Shown: in pieces, positions 42,521 through 56,825 of the stretch | Layout of the letters: each line of letters opens with the position of its first letter | How positions within the stretch are numbered: the first letter of the stretch is position 1 | Assembly: GCA_964016885.1 (NCBI GenBank) | Contig: OZ024751.1 | Location: 9,362,001-9,426,000 of the forward strand | Source of the DNA: Eledone cirrhosa | Taxonomy: Eukaryota | Length of the DNA stretch: 64,000 nt | Direction of reading: 5' to 3' | Translations under genes and position numbers: made by a program | The notes under the pieces: model-generated | The model's database searches: none | Told to the model about the DNA's origin: nothing | The model's input: the letters and a program-made list of their open reading frames with translations, nothing else

Positions 42521-45106
42521 CATCAACTAGTACCCTCGACTACAACGCAATGGGATCAACTTACAATTATATGATTTGCTCTTTTAAACCTAGAGGAGAA
42601 TTTTTGCCTAATATCATTTTACAAAACCGAATTTGCACCTGATCTTCTGTACTAATAATTGTCTCAAGAGAAGCTTGGCTATTGTGACACAGTTATTATT
42701 TGAATAATTCCTAGAAGCCACACACTATTCACTATACATTGTATATGGTCTTTAATATTCGTCGCTCATGATATATTTCTAGTGGTTTCTTTTTGTTATT
42801 AACTCAGTAGCAAAAACGTTAATGGTAGTTGTTTAAAATATGATATTATCAATCGAAAAACAATACTTTTTGTCTTTTCTCTGTCAATGAACAGAGAATT
42901 TTTCCTGTTGCTATTGAAATTATTGTCTAGACTCGATCGATATTAGCGTAATGGTAGAGACAGTTATCTCATTTACTCGGCTTCAAAACCATACCGATAT
43001 AATCGGGTAAGTATAACTTGGTATATGGCAAGAGTTATTGAATTAAATTTATTGTTACAAACTAACATATTTTAGTGCTTTACTCTTAGTGCTCTATTGA
43101 CATTTAGTTAAAACCTTTCAAATACTACAATATTAAATACTCCAATATATGTGGAGTTACCATTACTATGATTGCATAAGCTAAGACGTAGCTGAAGTCA
43201 TGTAATTTTAATCAACACAAATATGATGGTATCGTGCTTTGTACGAATGATGTTAAAAAGCTTTTTAAAAAAACTTTTTTTTTTCATCGCAGATAATGAA
43301 AAATAAATTTGAGAATATATTGTTATGTAATTTAACTCGTCATAAAATTTCTGTGGTTTAACCCATGGAGATGATATAGAATTAATTGCACCACAGTATT
43401 GATATGCCAATTAAAAGCAATCGAATGGTTTCAAATATACCAAGCTGCATTAAACCAATGTGGTTATATAAACTGTGATTAAGTATTCAGTAATTAATAA
43501 TGTTAAACATTATTAAATATTATAGAATATTTTATATCTCCTATTTTGATATTAAGTACAACTTTAATGTTTTATGTTGCTTCTAATTTAATCTCCATAA
43601 TATTAAACAAAATTGTGATTATTCGATTTTATGGTCGCAGGCCTGGACGTGGGGGTTAATAAGTTCCTTTCAGAACCTTATGACTGACTGACACTTTCAT
43701 AAAATACACTTGCCTGAGATGTTCTGTAGTGGGTTCAAAGCCAGGATCTCGTAATTGTAACACAAACTTGATAGTGCTGTTTAGATATATTATAACTAAA
43801 CAGAATAGAATATGATGGTCTTAACAAACAACAACCACAGTCAAGAAGGGATTTAATTTTAAATAAAATGAATCGAGTCAACCGAGGTGCCTCTGTGTGA
43901 TCCCTTGGTTTGCAACCAAGCAAAAAGTAAACCTACCTATATTACACCTCGAAGTAGAATACCAATGTAGATTCTATAAAACTAGAATGTTTTCAACATG
44001 CTGAGGCGTGTGTATATATGTGTGTATATCTGTGCATATTTCTATGTATGCGTATGTAAATATAAACATGCAAACACAGACACACGAAAATCCGCTCACA
44101 CATACATTCACACAACCACACACGCATACATGTATACAAACTCGCACATACACATACCCACACACAGTGTAGCAAATGGAACGGCAGCCGCTGCTTTGCT
44201 ATACACACACACACACGTACATACACACACCATATACACACATACACACACACTTTGTGTGACAGTGGGAAGTCACTCAAATTTATATATATAGATAACA
44301 GGGAATATTGATAATATATTCCTAGAGTCCCCTAAACGTTGGGATCGTCACAGCAGGTATGTCCTTCCTATTAATTCAATTCGATCAATGTTGAACAATA
44401 AAAGCAACAACAACATCAATTAAATAATCAAAAGCAAGACATAAAAGGGGAATTTTTTCGCAGTAATGTAATTTTTAAATGGGCTTTTGTTATTAGAATC
44501 TATAAGATAGGCTTATGTTTGCAAGCGTCAGTAAGACTGCCACTACTGTCAAAATAACGGCTATTTGTGTAAACCATTTTAATTCTATAAATACAATAAT
44601 TTACTCTTTTATTTCTTCATTCGTATTACTTTTTGTTGCGTGTATTTTCTTATGTAAGCTCGTTATTCTCCCCCAAAATGCTTTATATTCATTTGTGAAA
44701 TATAAGATTTCCGTTCAAAATTTCACTTTTAATCTGCATGTTGCGAGGCTAGAAGCCATAAAAATAAGACGAAGTCATCATCTAGAGATGGGAAGTTAGC
44801 AATAGAAATCATTAAATATCTGTACACATTTGAAACAAATAATTGAAATATATAATAAAAAGCCTACGTTATTCGGTCTATGAGTGTGTACATGTATAGT
44901 CAATAAACATATACAAATGCTAGCAACTTTTAGGAATATTTATATATGCTAAACAACGGTATGTTTCGTTGATGTTTTTGTTGTTGTTGTTGTTGTTGTT
45001 GCTGTTTTTACTTGTTTACTCGTGTTGTGCACATAAGAAAATAATCGATTGTTAAACATTTGCATAACATAAGAAAACATCTCCAGTGTTGGTAAACTTA
45101 TTACCG

Positions 45107-45233
<127 letters not shown>

Positions 45234-45559
45234 TATTATATATATGTAGTTGAAGATATCCAAGGGGTAAAGCAACTCAAGTTTGTAGGGTGAGTTTGAA
45301 TATAATTATTAAGGCCAGTTAGTGCAACGGTACCATACCAGATACGCACGTATCGTTAACCCTGGCAACCAACTTGATAAAGCTGTGCTGATGAATGAGA
45401 TTAAACCGGAAAAAGTTTCCGGTTTATTCTCATCGGTGCAGATTGAATAAGTTGGTTGTCAGGACTAATGAAATGCATGTTCCTGGCATGGCACCGTTGT
45501 AGTAACCGTCCTTAATAATTATATATATATGTGAGTGTGTGTGTGTGTATAAATTCAAA

Positions 45560-45850
45560 TTAAAGGATATATGTAGAGAGAAAAAGAGCCTTATATCTAT
45601 AGAGAAACACAAAGTATTTTGTACATATATATAAAGCATATGATATTTTAAAAAAATTACATACTTTAAGGTGTAAAAGAATTTTTCCACCTTAAAGTAT
45701 CTACTTTTTCTTAAATATTATATGCTTTATATATATATATATATGTGTATGTGTGTGTGTGAGAGTGTGTGAGTAAATATGTACAAAGTACTATGTGTTT
45801 CTTTAAAGATATTAGGCTCTTTTTCTCAACATATAAACTTATAGATTTTA
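45560..45850. repeat. ~290 bp imperfect fold-back
   Basis: gagaaaaagagcct...atactttaaggtg / caccttaaagtat...aggctctttttctc, centre ~45681. Confidence 0.75.
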
Positions 45851-46220
45851 ACTAGAGTTATTGATGGTCTGGACAAACGTGTAATGAGCTGATCGACTGA
45901 GAAACAATCATCAAATATATTATATCATAGTCTATAAAGCTCAGTGTGTGGTCATGCTCCTTCGTTATAGAAATCTACGATATAGAATTTCTTCAATTGA
46001 AATTTACAATTCAGTATTCGAAAAAGTTTCGATTGCGTCTTGACGCAGATAATTTTTTCAATTTCACCCACAATTACGCAAAAAATAGATAAAACTCAAT
46101 ATTTTACGACTTTCTCTCTCATTTAAACTGCTGAACTCTTTCTACTACCATTCAAAATCTATACAACTTCATACTTTCTGCTACTTTCTCTTTCCAAGCT
46201 TGATGGTGATACTGTCCGTT

Positions 46221-46637
46221 CACACCACTCCCTACTGTCTTAAATTTAGAAAACACATATCCTCTATGAGGTTACTAAACCTGCTAGAAACAGCAGCTAA
46301 CTCTCCCCCATATCACACCCCTCCCCACACCACTCCCTACTGTCTTAAATTTAGAAAACACATATCCTCTATGAGGTTACTAAACCTGCTAGAAACAGCA
46401 GCTAACTCTCCCCGATATCACACCCCTCCCCACTGTCTTAAATTTAGAAAACATCTTCTATGAGGTCACTAAACCTGCTAGAAACAGCAGCTAACTCTCC
46501 CCCATATCACACCACTCCCTACTGTCTTAAATTTAGAAAACACATATCCTCTATGAGGTCACTAAACCTGCTAGAAACAACAGCTAACTCTCCCTCATAT
46601 CACAACCCTCCCTACTGTATTAAATTTAGAAAACACA
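46221..46637 (+). repeat. Tandem repeat, ~95-107 bp x4
   Basis: ctatgagg.(t/c)actaaacctgctagaaaca(g/a)cagctaactctcc repeated four times. Confidence 0.9.
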
Positions 46638-46895
46638 CAGACAACCATGCAGAACAACTCCATCGCAGCTCTGTTGTTCGGCTGGCATCGTCTACGCGCG
46701 TGTTGCGCAAGTACTGTGAAACAATACATTTCAACACTTTTTTGCACAGAGATAATATCCATAGGCGAAACTACAATTGTCACTGCTGGCGCAGCTCATG
46801 CTTCCAGGTCTGTAATTCATTCACCCAGTGCCTGGCAGACAAAAAAGTGCTGCCATAAAATGGGTGGTGCAACCTAACTTTGGTAACTTACTGAG

Positions 46896-46923
46896 CCCGA
46901 GCAACGCCGGGCTTTAATGCTAG
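46896..46923 (+). mobile_element. Helitron-type 3' terminus
   Basis: cccg agcaacgc cggg hairpin, then CTAG|T; same motif at 58527-58555. Confidence 0.55.
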
Positions 46924-46989
46924 TATGTTATAATAATTTAACCTAATAGATATATATATATAAATATATTATTATTATTATTATTGTTC

Positions 46990-47455
46990 GTTGAGTCTCA
47001 GTCATTGATGTTAATTAACTGGAAAGTTTGTGTAAATGAATATCAAGCCGCTACCTGCAGCAGTCTCAGATATTAAGGACGCAAGCCTGCCTTCTGAAGA
47101 GTTCCAAAAAGCGGGGCTGGACTAATCTTCTTTAACCATGCTTGGAAACTCTTTGAGATAGTACCTAGTGCGCCTTTGACAATGGGGACGACTTTGATTT
47201 CATGGCAGTTCCAAATCCTTTTTACCTCCCACTTTAAGTCCTGGTATCGGTTAATGTTCTCCCTCTCCTTTACTTGCACTCTCGTGTCAAATGGGGAGAT
47301 TACATCTACAATCAGGCACGATCTTTTTTCCTTGTCCAAAACTACCAGGTCAGACCTATTGTGTTCTAATTTCTTGTGCGTCTGTATCCTAAATTCCCAT
47401 AGCACCTTCACCTGATCGTTTTCTATCACGCTGGCTTATGCTCATACCACTTCAT
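46990..47455 (-). pseudogene. R4/Dong-like LINE 3' fragment (restriction-like endonuclease)
   Basis: VLWEFRIQT..LEHNRSDLVV..CLIVDV.SP..YQDL..VVPIVKGALG; (ATT)n on both flanks. Confidence 0.85.
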
Positions 47456-47466
47456 TATTATTATGG

Positions 47467-47715
47467 CGTACCAGTAATGCACTGGGTAATTGCTGGCCTT
47501 GTGCCAAAAAGTAGAAACAATTATTATTATGGCGGTGGATTTGCAGTATCGGTAGAGAGTCGGACGCCATGCTTTCCAGCATAGTTACGTCTCTTTACGG
47601 TCTGAGTTCAAATCCCGCCGAGGTTAACTTTGCCTTTCATCCTTACGGAGTCGATAAAATAAAGTACCAGTAATACACTGATAATGGCTGGCCTTGTGCC
47701 AAAAGTAGAAACAAT
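47467..47715 (+). mobile_element. Two CORE-type SINEs in tandem (3' fragment + full copy)
   Basis: Tail, (ATT)n, full copy, (ATT)n. Confidence 0.85.
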
Positions 47716-48089
47716 TATTATTATTAAAGATAAAGCTTTAATCGATAAAAGACCACTAAGCAAATGTCGTTGAGATTAAAAATGTGCATCAATTCTATGA
47801 TTCTGTTGCATTATTAAATATTTAACATGTACAAAGGCACCTTTTATTGCATGAGTATGATTACACGGCAACACAATGATACTGGATGGTGGGGAGGGCA
47901 TTACTTCTAAATAATACTGACTCATATTGTATAAGGGAGGCCGGTAACTATTCGCCGGTACGGGTTAACACACTCAAAACTAGTGCTACGTTTTACAAGT
48001 GCTAGGTTTTACATTGATAGGCGAACAGCGGCTATCGGTTATGACACAACTTTGGTACAGTAGATAGAAGTAATAACGTATTCTGATTT

Positions 48090-48262
48090 CAGCACAAGGC
48101 CAACAATTTTGGGGGATTAATTCAACCCCAGTGCGTTCCTGGTACTTTATTTTATGGGTCTCGTAAGGATGAAAGGCAAAGCTAGACTTGGCGGGATTTG
48201 AACTATGAATGTAAAGCGCCGTAACTCTATGTCACAATGCTCTACCGATATGCCAATGCACC
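48090..48262 (-). mobile_element. CORE-type SINE
   Basis: gcacaaggcc...ggatgaaaggcaaag...gggatttgaact. Confidence 0.8.
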
Positions 48263-50026
48263 GATAACGTTGAATCGTTTGCATAGGTTAGAACTTCTAG
48301 TGATATTAAATATATTTGTGACATTTCTAAAGTAATATTTGCATCTAATATCTTAGTGAGATATCATTGACATTTTTCTAGATTTTACATTTGGAAGGTT
48401 TTGTGCTATTTGCCAGGATAATCTTAGTTAATCAGATTTTCTGAACTCACTATATTACATATGTGAGACTTTTAATTACACAGCCACAATAGTAGTCCTT
48501 TTTATGAAAACGAATCAAGACATTACGGAAATATTAACGGAAATATTAACTCTCATTCTTTACTCTAAGCCCTAGATGAGTATTGGTATAATGTCGTTTT
48601 GCTTAAACATCGTTGTGGAATATGTATTTCCACGTCTCAACTGAATTTGCAAAATTTCAAAACATTTCGAACTTCAGAAGCAAGTTTCAAAAACATTTCT
48701 ATTTTTTCCCCGATAGACTCAAATTATCATTTTATAATCTTGATGCACGATATCCTAATTATAGCCTGCAATTATGATCGTAAAGCCAAGTTTGTAAATA
48801 TCTGAGACTGCTAATATCATATTTTTAGTTAATTTTTGTCGTTTATTTTCTTTCTCTCAGAACTGCCGACGACAAGAAAAATATAAAATCAACAAATATA
48901 TGAAACATTATCTTCCAAGTATGTTAGAGATTTAAACATCAAAAGTTTGTTATGATCAGAATAGGCAATTTTGTGATCTTTATGTTTAACAAGACGGATC
49001 TACAGTTATATCATATAAGTTATAGCAGCGGTTGGGATTTTATTTCAGTTTTATCAACGAAAACACTTTATTTGTATCGATTTCAGCGGAATTTATTGGA
49101 ATATTCCGAACAAACTTCCCACCACCTCGAAAAAAACGGCTTCCGGTCTCTCACCGATTCGACAATATGGCGTCATTATTATTTACTATAATGTTCTTAT
49201 CGTCTTGTATGAAATGTTCCATATTTATTTTCCATGTCGTCAATAGCTTCCCCATCATCATTGGTTTTGGTGTCTAGGTCTATAATATGACAACTTACTT
49301 AATATTTTTTGTGATTCGATGCTATTTATTTCTATGTCAATATTATCACTATAAGCAATGTTTGAAAATCTATCTGCCAGACAACAGATAACTAATATAT
49401 ATACAAATATCCCTCTGACCTCTATTAACATCATGTGTGACCTATCTTTATACAGATACGTCGTCAACCTAACAGATCATTATTTATCAACGTCACCTCT
49501 GCTTTATCTCATATACAAATCGTTTCCATTACTACTGACTATTTACATAGAATCTGTCTCTAACATTAGCTTTTCCTGAATTGAATTCTATATAATTCTA
49601 TTTAGTGACACTTCTCAGCACATCCTCACATGATTGGACGTCATACATTCAACGATACTGGCGCAGCGGGAATGAGATCTAGATAGTTGTGGGTTTGGTG
49701 ATTCATTTAGTCCCTAGCTAGTTTAGACGTATATTTATCAGGCTTCATATAGTTCCTGAGGCACTTTAGAAGATTTCAGGAGAGAGATATTTTACTTTTT
49801 GTTTGGTACAGTGTAAGGAAGGAATATATTGGGTTGACGGGACGGGCGGGGCGGAATCCTAAAAAATGTTTTTAGAAAAAAATAACAGGCCCATTCATGT
49901 TCCATCTCTTGGAAAATTGTTGGTGCTGGCGTTTTGTGCATGATATATTTTTTTTGAAAAGTGAATGATGGCGTGCGTCTACCTGAATTGGAACAAAATC
50001 CGTTTCTTATATAGAGCTATACGTGT

Positions 50027-50105
<79 letters not shown>

Positions 50106-50359
50106 ATTATACGTCCGTATGAAGCTAAGAGGATATGTGTGTGTATACGTAAGTCAAAGAGTGTGTGTGCTCGTAAGTACGAAGCTGTGAGCAAAATTAT
50201 GTTAATATAACGGTGTGTGTTTGTATACAGAGCTATGAAGGGGAACGTAGAGTGTGCGTATTTTGTTGGTCGGTATCAGGTCTAAAAGTATATGTTTCTG
50301 ACCATAAGAGAGCCATAGGAATCTAGGGATTAATGTACATGCGCGTGTGTTTTAACGGA

Positions 50360-51537
50360 CGGGGTTTCAAAGAAATTGAGGAGGGGAGTTGAGTCCATGA
50401 GACAAACAGGACCCAAGGCGGTAAATCAGACATTGTTCAGTCCTGGTGGGCGAGGCCTGTGATCCGTGATGTAAAAGGACACCCAAGACTGAGACATGAA
50501 GGGAGGAATGACCTGGAGAACGGAAATGATAGGCGACGGCAGTATCTAAACCGAGTCGTATATCCCTCAAATGTTCAGCAAAATGGTCCGCCAAAGGGCG
50601 TCCCGTTTGTCCGAAGTATAAGGACCCACAAAAAGAAAACCGTAGGGCGTAGGCAACGTGGGTGGGTATGCAAGTGAAGGAGTGGTGGTTGCGGAATGAA
50701 CCGTTGGGGCCTGTGAGAGTGGTGAGGGTGGAAATGAAGGGACAAGTGTTGCAGCGGGGACGAAAACAGGGATGAGAGCTGGGTGGAGTCGTAGGAGAGG
50801 ACGAGAACGAACTGCGTACCAGGAGGTCACGGGGGTTACGGGCGCGCTTAAATGCAGAGATAGGTGGGTTAGGAAAAAAGCGAAAAGTGACAGGATCAGA
50901 AGAGTGTGTGCAGAAGGAACAGAGAATATGTCAGCGAAAAGGTAGGGTGATGAGGATATAGATGAGAGGGAAAGGAAGGCGGATGTTAGGAGAGCACTGG
51001 TGAGGTGAAAGGGCTGTGGTACGGTCAAATTCATGAGAGCAGCTTGGATCAGGGTGGGCGCTATCAACGCTGGATGAAGTAGGAGGCTAGGTAAAGAGAA
51101 TGGGTTCTAAATCGAGGCCCTGGCTACAGAGCCGACAAAAACGGAGGAATTGAGAATAGGGAATGGAGAGTTTGGTATGGGTGGGAAGGGAGAAGGTGAA
51201 GTCGAGGTAAAAGTGGGAGTCCGTCGGTTTATGGAAGATGGAAGTAGAGAGGGTGTGGTGAGAATGATCGATAGATAGAGAGATATCAATAAAAGGGACA
51301 GAAGAATCGGAGACGGAGGCGAGGAAGGTGAGAGCTAGATGAAAAAATTGAACAAAAGATAAAAAGCAGTCGAGCAGTTCACGTGATAGAGTAGTGGTCC
51401 CGATATAGTCGTCGATATAACGACCGTATAGCTCTGGAGTAGGTCCAGCGTACTGGGAGAAGATATGGGCTTCGACGTAGCCAACAAAGAAGTTGGCATA
51501 GTTTGGGCCCATTCTGGTTACTATCGCTACTCCAGAT
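50360..51537 (-). pseudogene. Penelope-like (Neptune-type) RT + GIY-YIG fragment
   Basis: GVAIVTRMGPNYANFFVG; YGRYIDD; VPFID; HKPTDSHFYLDF; IPYSQFLRFCRLCS; FAEHLRDI..VAYHF..EQCLIYRLGS...GLN. Confidence 0.88.
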
Positions 51538-51642
51538 ATCCCACCGAGATTAACTTTGCCTTTCATTCTTACGTGGTCGATAAAATAAAGCACCAGTAAT
51601 GTACTGGGTAATTGCTGACCTTGTGCCAAAAGTAGAGACAAT
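51538..51642 (+). mobile_element. CORE-type SINE 3' half with (ATT)n tail
   Basis: actttgcctttcatt...ccttgtgccaaaagtagagac. Confidence 0.85.
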
Positions 51643-51667
51643 TATTATTATTCTTATTATTATTATT

Positions 51668-52498
51668 TGCATTTATCTTGCTTTATGTTCATACGAGTTA
51701 TCACCAAGTCACAACCAGTGACCTCAAGAGACAACAAGGTCCGCCATGTTCAAGAAAGAACATACATATTCACACATGCATCCTTAGTGTTTAGACTTGT
51801 GATGTACTTATATTGACTTAGTATATGGGCAGTTCCCATTAGTACTATCTTTTGTATTTCTCCTATACGCGGGTTTCCTGGGATTTGGGATAAGTAGTCC
51901 TTAGACCCCTTAGGTATCATTCCCAGAGCGCCTACAACCACTGGTATTGTTTTAGTTCTCAATTTCCACATTTTTCTAATTTCTATCTCCAGGTCCTTAT
52001 ACTTGCTCAATTTTTCAAATGTTTTTATAGATACATTCTTGTCTATTGGAACAGACATATCAATTAGCAGGCATACCCTCCTTTGAAAGTCCTTCAATAT
52101 TATATCAGGTCTATTTGCATCTATTTTTCGGTCTGTTTGGATGCTAAAGTTCCACAAGATTGAGATGTGATCTTTTTCAAGTATGGGAGGTGGTTGATGC
52201 TCCCACCAATTCTTTTGATGGGGCAGGTCAAAATGCTTACACATTATCCAATGTATGTATTGTGCAGCTCTGTCATGCCTGTTTAGGTATTCGGTTGGAG
52301 CTATAGGACTGCACATTGAAATTATATGGTCAATGGTCTCTGGTTGTTTTTTGCATACACGGCATAATGGGCTGCACCCATTTTTTATTATGTTGGCTTG
52401 GTAATTTTTTGTTGGCAGACACTGATCTTGTGTCGATATAATCAGTCCTTCAGTCTCCGATTTCAGTCCAGAGGATGCCAACCACTGATGGGTTAAAG
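51668..52498 (-). mobile_element. 5'-truncated R4/Dong-like LINE (ORF open 51750-52481)
   Basis: ETEGLIISTQDQ; CRVCKKQPETIDHIISMC zinc knuckle; RHD; NRPDII; IPVVVGALG; (ATT)n both sides. Confidence 0.9.
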
Positions 52499-52501
52499 TT
52501 A

Positions 52502-52566
<65 letters not shown>

Positions 52567-52772
52567 GGTCTGTTCGGACGTCTTTTTGGCTCGCTCCCAG
52601 TAAGTCGCTTTATTTGCCTGTTAAAATTATTTGTTGTTAAATATTTCTTGTTGTGTAAGGGATATAAGCCCTTAGACTTTGCCCCGTCAAGGGGAAAGTA
52701 TAATATATGGGCCTTTTGGCCCAAATATTTGAACTCTTTTTACATTTTAAAAAATTTACCAAAAAAAAAAAC

Positions 52773-54616
52773 ATGGATGAACCCCCCCCCCCCCTCCCCC
52801 CAGCGATATGTCAGCTGTCGTGCGACAACCACGTAGAAGTTGAGAGGAGCGCTACAGCGAAATTAACACACATTGATAACACAAACACCACCACAAACAA
52901 GGTAAACAAAGACACCAATGATACCAATAAGAACTCTAACTTTGAAAAAAATGACAGTAACAGCGACAACGAAAATACAGATAACAAAAAAAAATAACAA
53001 ATACAACAACACCAACAAGAACAACGACAACAACACCCCCAACGAAAACAATAAGAACACTTTCGCTGCGGCAGCAGCAAAAAAGAGGCCATGCTTCAAC
53101 ATGGACCTCTCAAATAAAGATGAAAAGTTGGCCCAGGTATGGAAGCTCATCAAGCAAAAGAAAACTTGGGCCAACTTAACTGTCCCGGTAGAAGCTATTG
53201 AGGCAGTGGAGCGCAAAACGGTGCATTATAGATGCATCTCAGCACAAACCAAAAGGGCAGCTTTAATCCCACAAGAAGATGTCGAAGTCGCGCTGATGTG
53301 CATCAGAGAAGACACCCAGTACATAGAGAGGGGCAGACAGTACGGCACCATTTCGGTGTTGTTCAAGTCACGCTATGACTCCTTGCAAAACCAGCAAGGT
53401 CATAATGTACCCCTCCCACATGGGAAAAAGAACGTCCCGTCTCCGCATTCCCAGAATCCCACCAGGACTTGACATGTGGTGGCTTCTGGGATGTGTGATT
53501 GTGGAGGGGACGGATACACTCCCTATAGAAGTGACCAGAACGGCCAGAGAGGACTGGTCCGGGATTGACCTGGAGATCCTTCTCCAGATCAGGCCCGAGA
53601 ATGTGAAGACAATCCCGGACCACATCCGCCTTCAGAATGGGACGGTCATTCACAATATGACCGAAGGCAAAAGGCCGCAGTGTTTTGTTTGTGGGGAAAA
53701 AACCCATTTGCAAGCCTTCTGCCCTCAACTGCTAAAAGAGGCAAGGGGTCGAAAGGTTCCACTGCTGCCGACGCCGGGGCGAGGACCACAACCAACACCA
53801 GCACTGGCAAAACCACCAACAACAACACCAATAGAAAGACCACCACCAACATTGACCACCCAGGGGGGAAACGAGGAAAGCTGTCAAATTCCCCCTCCCC
53901 CCAAAATTACACACACCAATAAAACCATAAACATACATACAGACACACTTACAGACACAGACCCCTCATCTACCAGTAGTGAAAATGAGGGAAATCCAAA
54001 ATCTCCCAAAATACAAAAAAGGAAACACAAATGGAAAAAAAAAACTCAACAAAGCACAAAAGCACCCACAATAAAAAACGCAAACACCACCCACGCAAAC
54101 ATCTCTCCAATAACACCAACATCAACACCACCATCACCATCACCAGAATCCCCCAAACGCAAACAACCGAAACAGACGCAAGAACAAATATACACACAAA
54201 CATCTGAAACCACAGTCACCGCACTCACAACAAACACAGATACAACCGAAACAACACCACCAAAACCATCACCACCACAGCCACGCAAACAAATAAAATC
54301 ACACCAACAAAACATACAAAACTTCGTGCTCGTCAGGAGGGCCAATAAGGAACTGATGGCGCTCTTAGCACGAAGTGAAAATATACAAAAAGAGGGGGAC
54401 ATTTTTAAATCGAGCACATTTCGCGTGCTGGAAGATTTGGTTCTGGTGCAAATGTCGCTCGACATATTCAAAGAAATACGAGAGAGCTTTCCTCGGGACG
54501 TGGGAACCCCGAACGTAAAACCCACTTCAAGACTTTTAAAGGGGTTCCCAAAAGAAATCCCACTAACTATGGAGGTCGAACAACCCGACCTTCACAAGAG
54601 CCCGGAAGGTAAGTAA
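52773..54616 (+). pseudogene. Tx1-like ORF1 with CCHC zinc knuckle, frameshifted
   Basis: CFVCGEKTHLQAFC (CX2CX4HX4C); long open stretch 53375-54616. Confidence 0.8.
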
Positions 54617-54647
54617 ACCTTCCTCTCTCTCTGTTTAACCTGCCAAC

Positions 54648-54912
54648 ATGGCCGTATTAAGAGTAGGATGTTTATATGTTCGAGGCCTTGGATCGTCCTG
54701 GAAGCAGGGTCACCTGTTCAACGACCTCAGGTCTATAGAAATGGATGTAATTGCAGTCAGCGAGACCAGGATATCCGACACGCACGCACTAGCCCCCATT
54801 TTCGACGACTATCAGATCTTTGCATCTGTTAGCCGGCCGGCAATGGGAGGCGGGGTGGCAGTGCTGTTTAGGAAAGGCCTGGATCTCGAGGTAAGGTCGA
54901 TTTTCCGGGACC
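54648..54912 (+). pseudogene. Tx1-like ORF2 N-terminus (AP endonuclease)
   Basis: MAVLRVGCLYVRGLG...DVIAVSETR...GGGVAVLFRK. Confidence 0.85.
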
Positions 54913-55470
54913 CGAAATTTAGAGAAATTAGAGAACAGAGAAATAAAAATAGAATCTACACACAGAAAAGACGCAATGTTTAGACAAATCACAGAGGCAA
55001 TAAACATAAATGAATTCCAACCAAAATTAAATAGAAAAATGGGTGGAACAGTAACATCACAACTTACAATTAAGGACAAAATGAAAACGCACACGCACAT
55101 AGAACAAACAACCAACCAGTAACATGTAAATAAACAAACAAATAAACGAATATAAACACACACAGACACCCGGATGTAACACATGCGCAAGCTAAGCACA
55201 CAACACACACACAAAATAAAGATGGAGTAGGACAGAACAAAGGAGAGGCACAAAAACAAAGAAAAGAATCCCCCAGTCACGGAAGAGGTCACAGAATGTG
55301 TGCGAAAGAACTTTGACAATATATAAACAACCATCTGGTTGTGGAACCAACCAACCAACCGGAAATTTATAAATTCCTAAATTTATAAATTTATAATAAT
55401 AAATTGAAGTGAAAGCAAAGGTGCGTGTGTTTCTTATTTGCAACATGACCCTCCCAAAGTATAACAATAT
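54913..55470 (+). mobile_element. PLE terminal repeat with mutated HHR (55276-55317)
   Basis: gtca cGgaaga ggtcacagaatgtgtgc GAAA gaac TT tgac; copy of the 26565-26950 and 19294-19468 sequences. Confidence 0.8.
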
Positions 55471-55783
55471 ATACATATATATATATATATATTTATTAAA
55501 ATAACAGATTAACATACATACATAAAAATACATGTATATATTCAATATATACACATACTCACGATAAGCACACGCATATATATACAGTATGAAAGGACAT
55601 GCATAGATACTTTTTTTTTAAATAATCAAAATATATATGATAAAAATAAGGATAAAATAAATAAAAGATAAAAAAAGAAAATGTTCAAGCAATACATGTA
55701 TGCATTAAGTGGAAGATCCAAATATTAGCCAGACAATCACACACACACATATATACATAAACACACACATATGTATATATAAT

Positions 55784-56195
55784 ATGGTGGCTGCCAACTC
55801 GTTTTCAAGTACGGCCACTACTTTATATTCATGTAGGAGAGCCCCTACCGATGCGCTAAACAAGTGTGACTTTTTAGTCCAGCCAGCGACTTGAAAACTC
55901 TGGTACAAACACTACACCTGTGACAATTATTGACACATAGTGCTGGGCCCATGGTACCATGTGACGACAAGTGCAGAGAGATCTCCAGATATAAAGCAAT
56001 GCCTGTGCCGTGAAGCTTTTATAGTGAGCAAAGGCACTGCACAAAGCCAGTCCCACTCTCTTAACCAAGATGATATTTACCAAAAGGAAAAACAAGTCAA
56101 CATCATTGGATACCATCAGGGTTGCAGGTGTTATATCAGAGTTTTCCTTCTCCTAGAATTCTGCCTTGACAAAGGCTAAGGGGTCATCTCTCCCG
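55784..56195. repeat. Copy of the 18285 dispersed repeat
   Basis: High identity to 18285-18697. Confidence 0.8.
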
Positions 56196-56215
56196 TATAA
56201 TATACATACATACAT

Positions 56216-56253
<38 letters not shown>

Positions 56254-56348
56254 TTCGTTTCTGAATTTGTTTAGCAAGATTCTTTATCTGAAATCGTGTG
56301 TTGAAACCGATATTGTTATACATTGGCAACATGACCCTCCCAAAGTAT

Positions 56349-56825
<477 letters not shown>

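Larger units (their letters stand above)
52567..54912 (+). mobile_element. 5' portion of Tx1-like LINE (5'UTR, ORF1, start of ORF2), 3'-truncated
   Basis: 5'UTR matches the element end at 38129 (minus); preceded by (ATT)n; ORF2 stops at the PLE repeat. Confidence 0.88.

Noticed and set aside
45385-45440. CTGATGA followed by a long hairpin
   Set aside because: No GAAA, stem III or stem I partner; truncated relic, not called as a ribozyme.
51087-51641. 184-aa ORF as an intact gene
   Set aside because: Chimera of antisense SINE sequence and a decayed PLE RT fragment.
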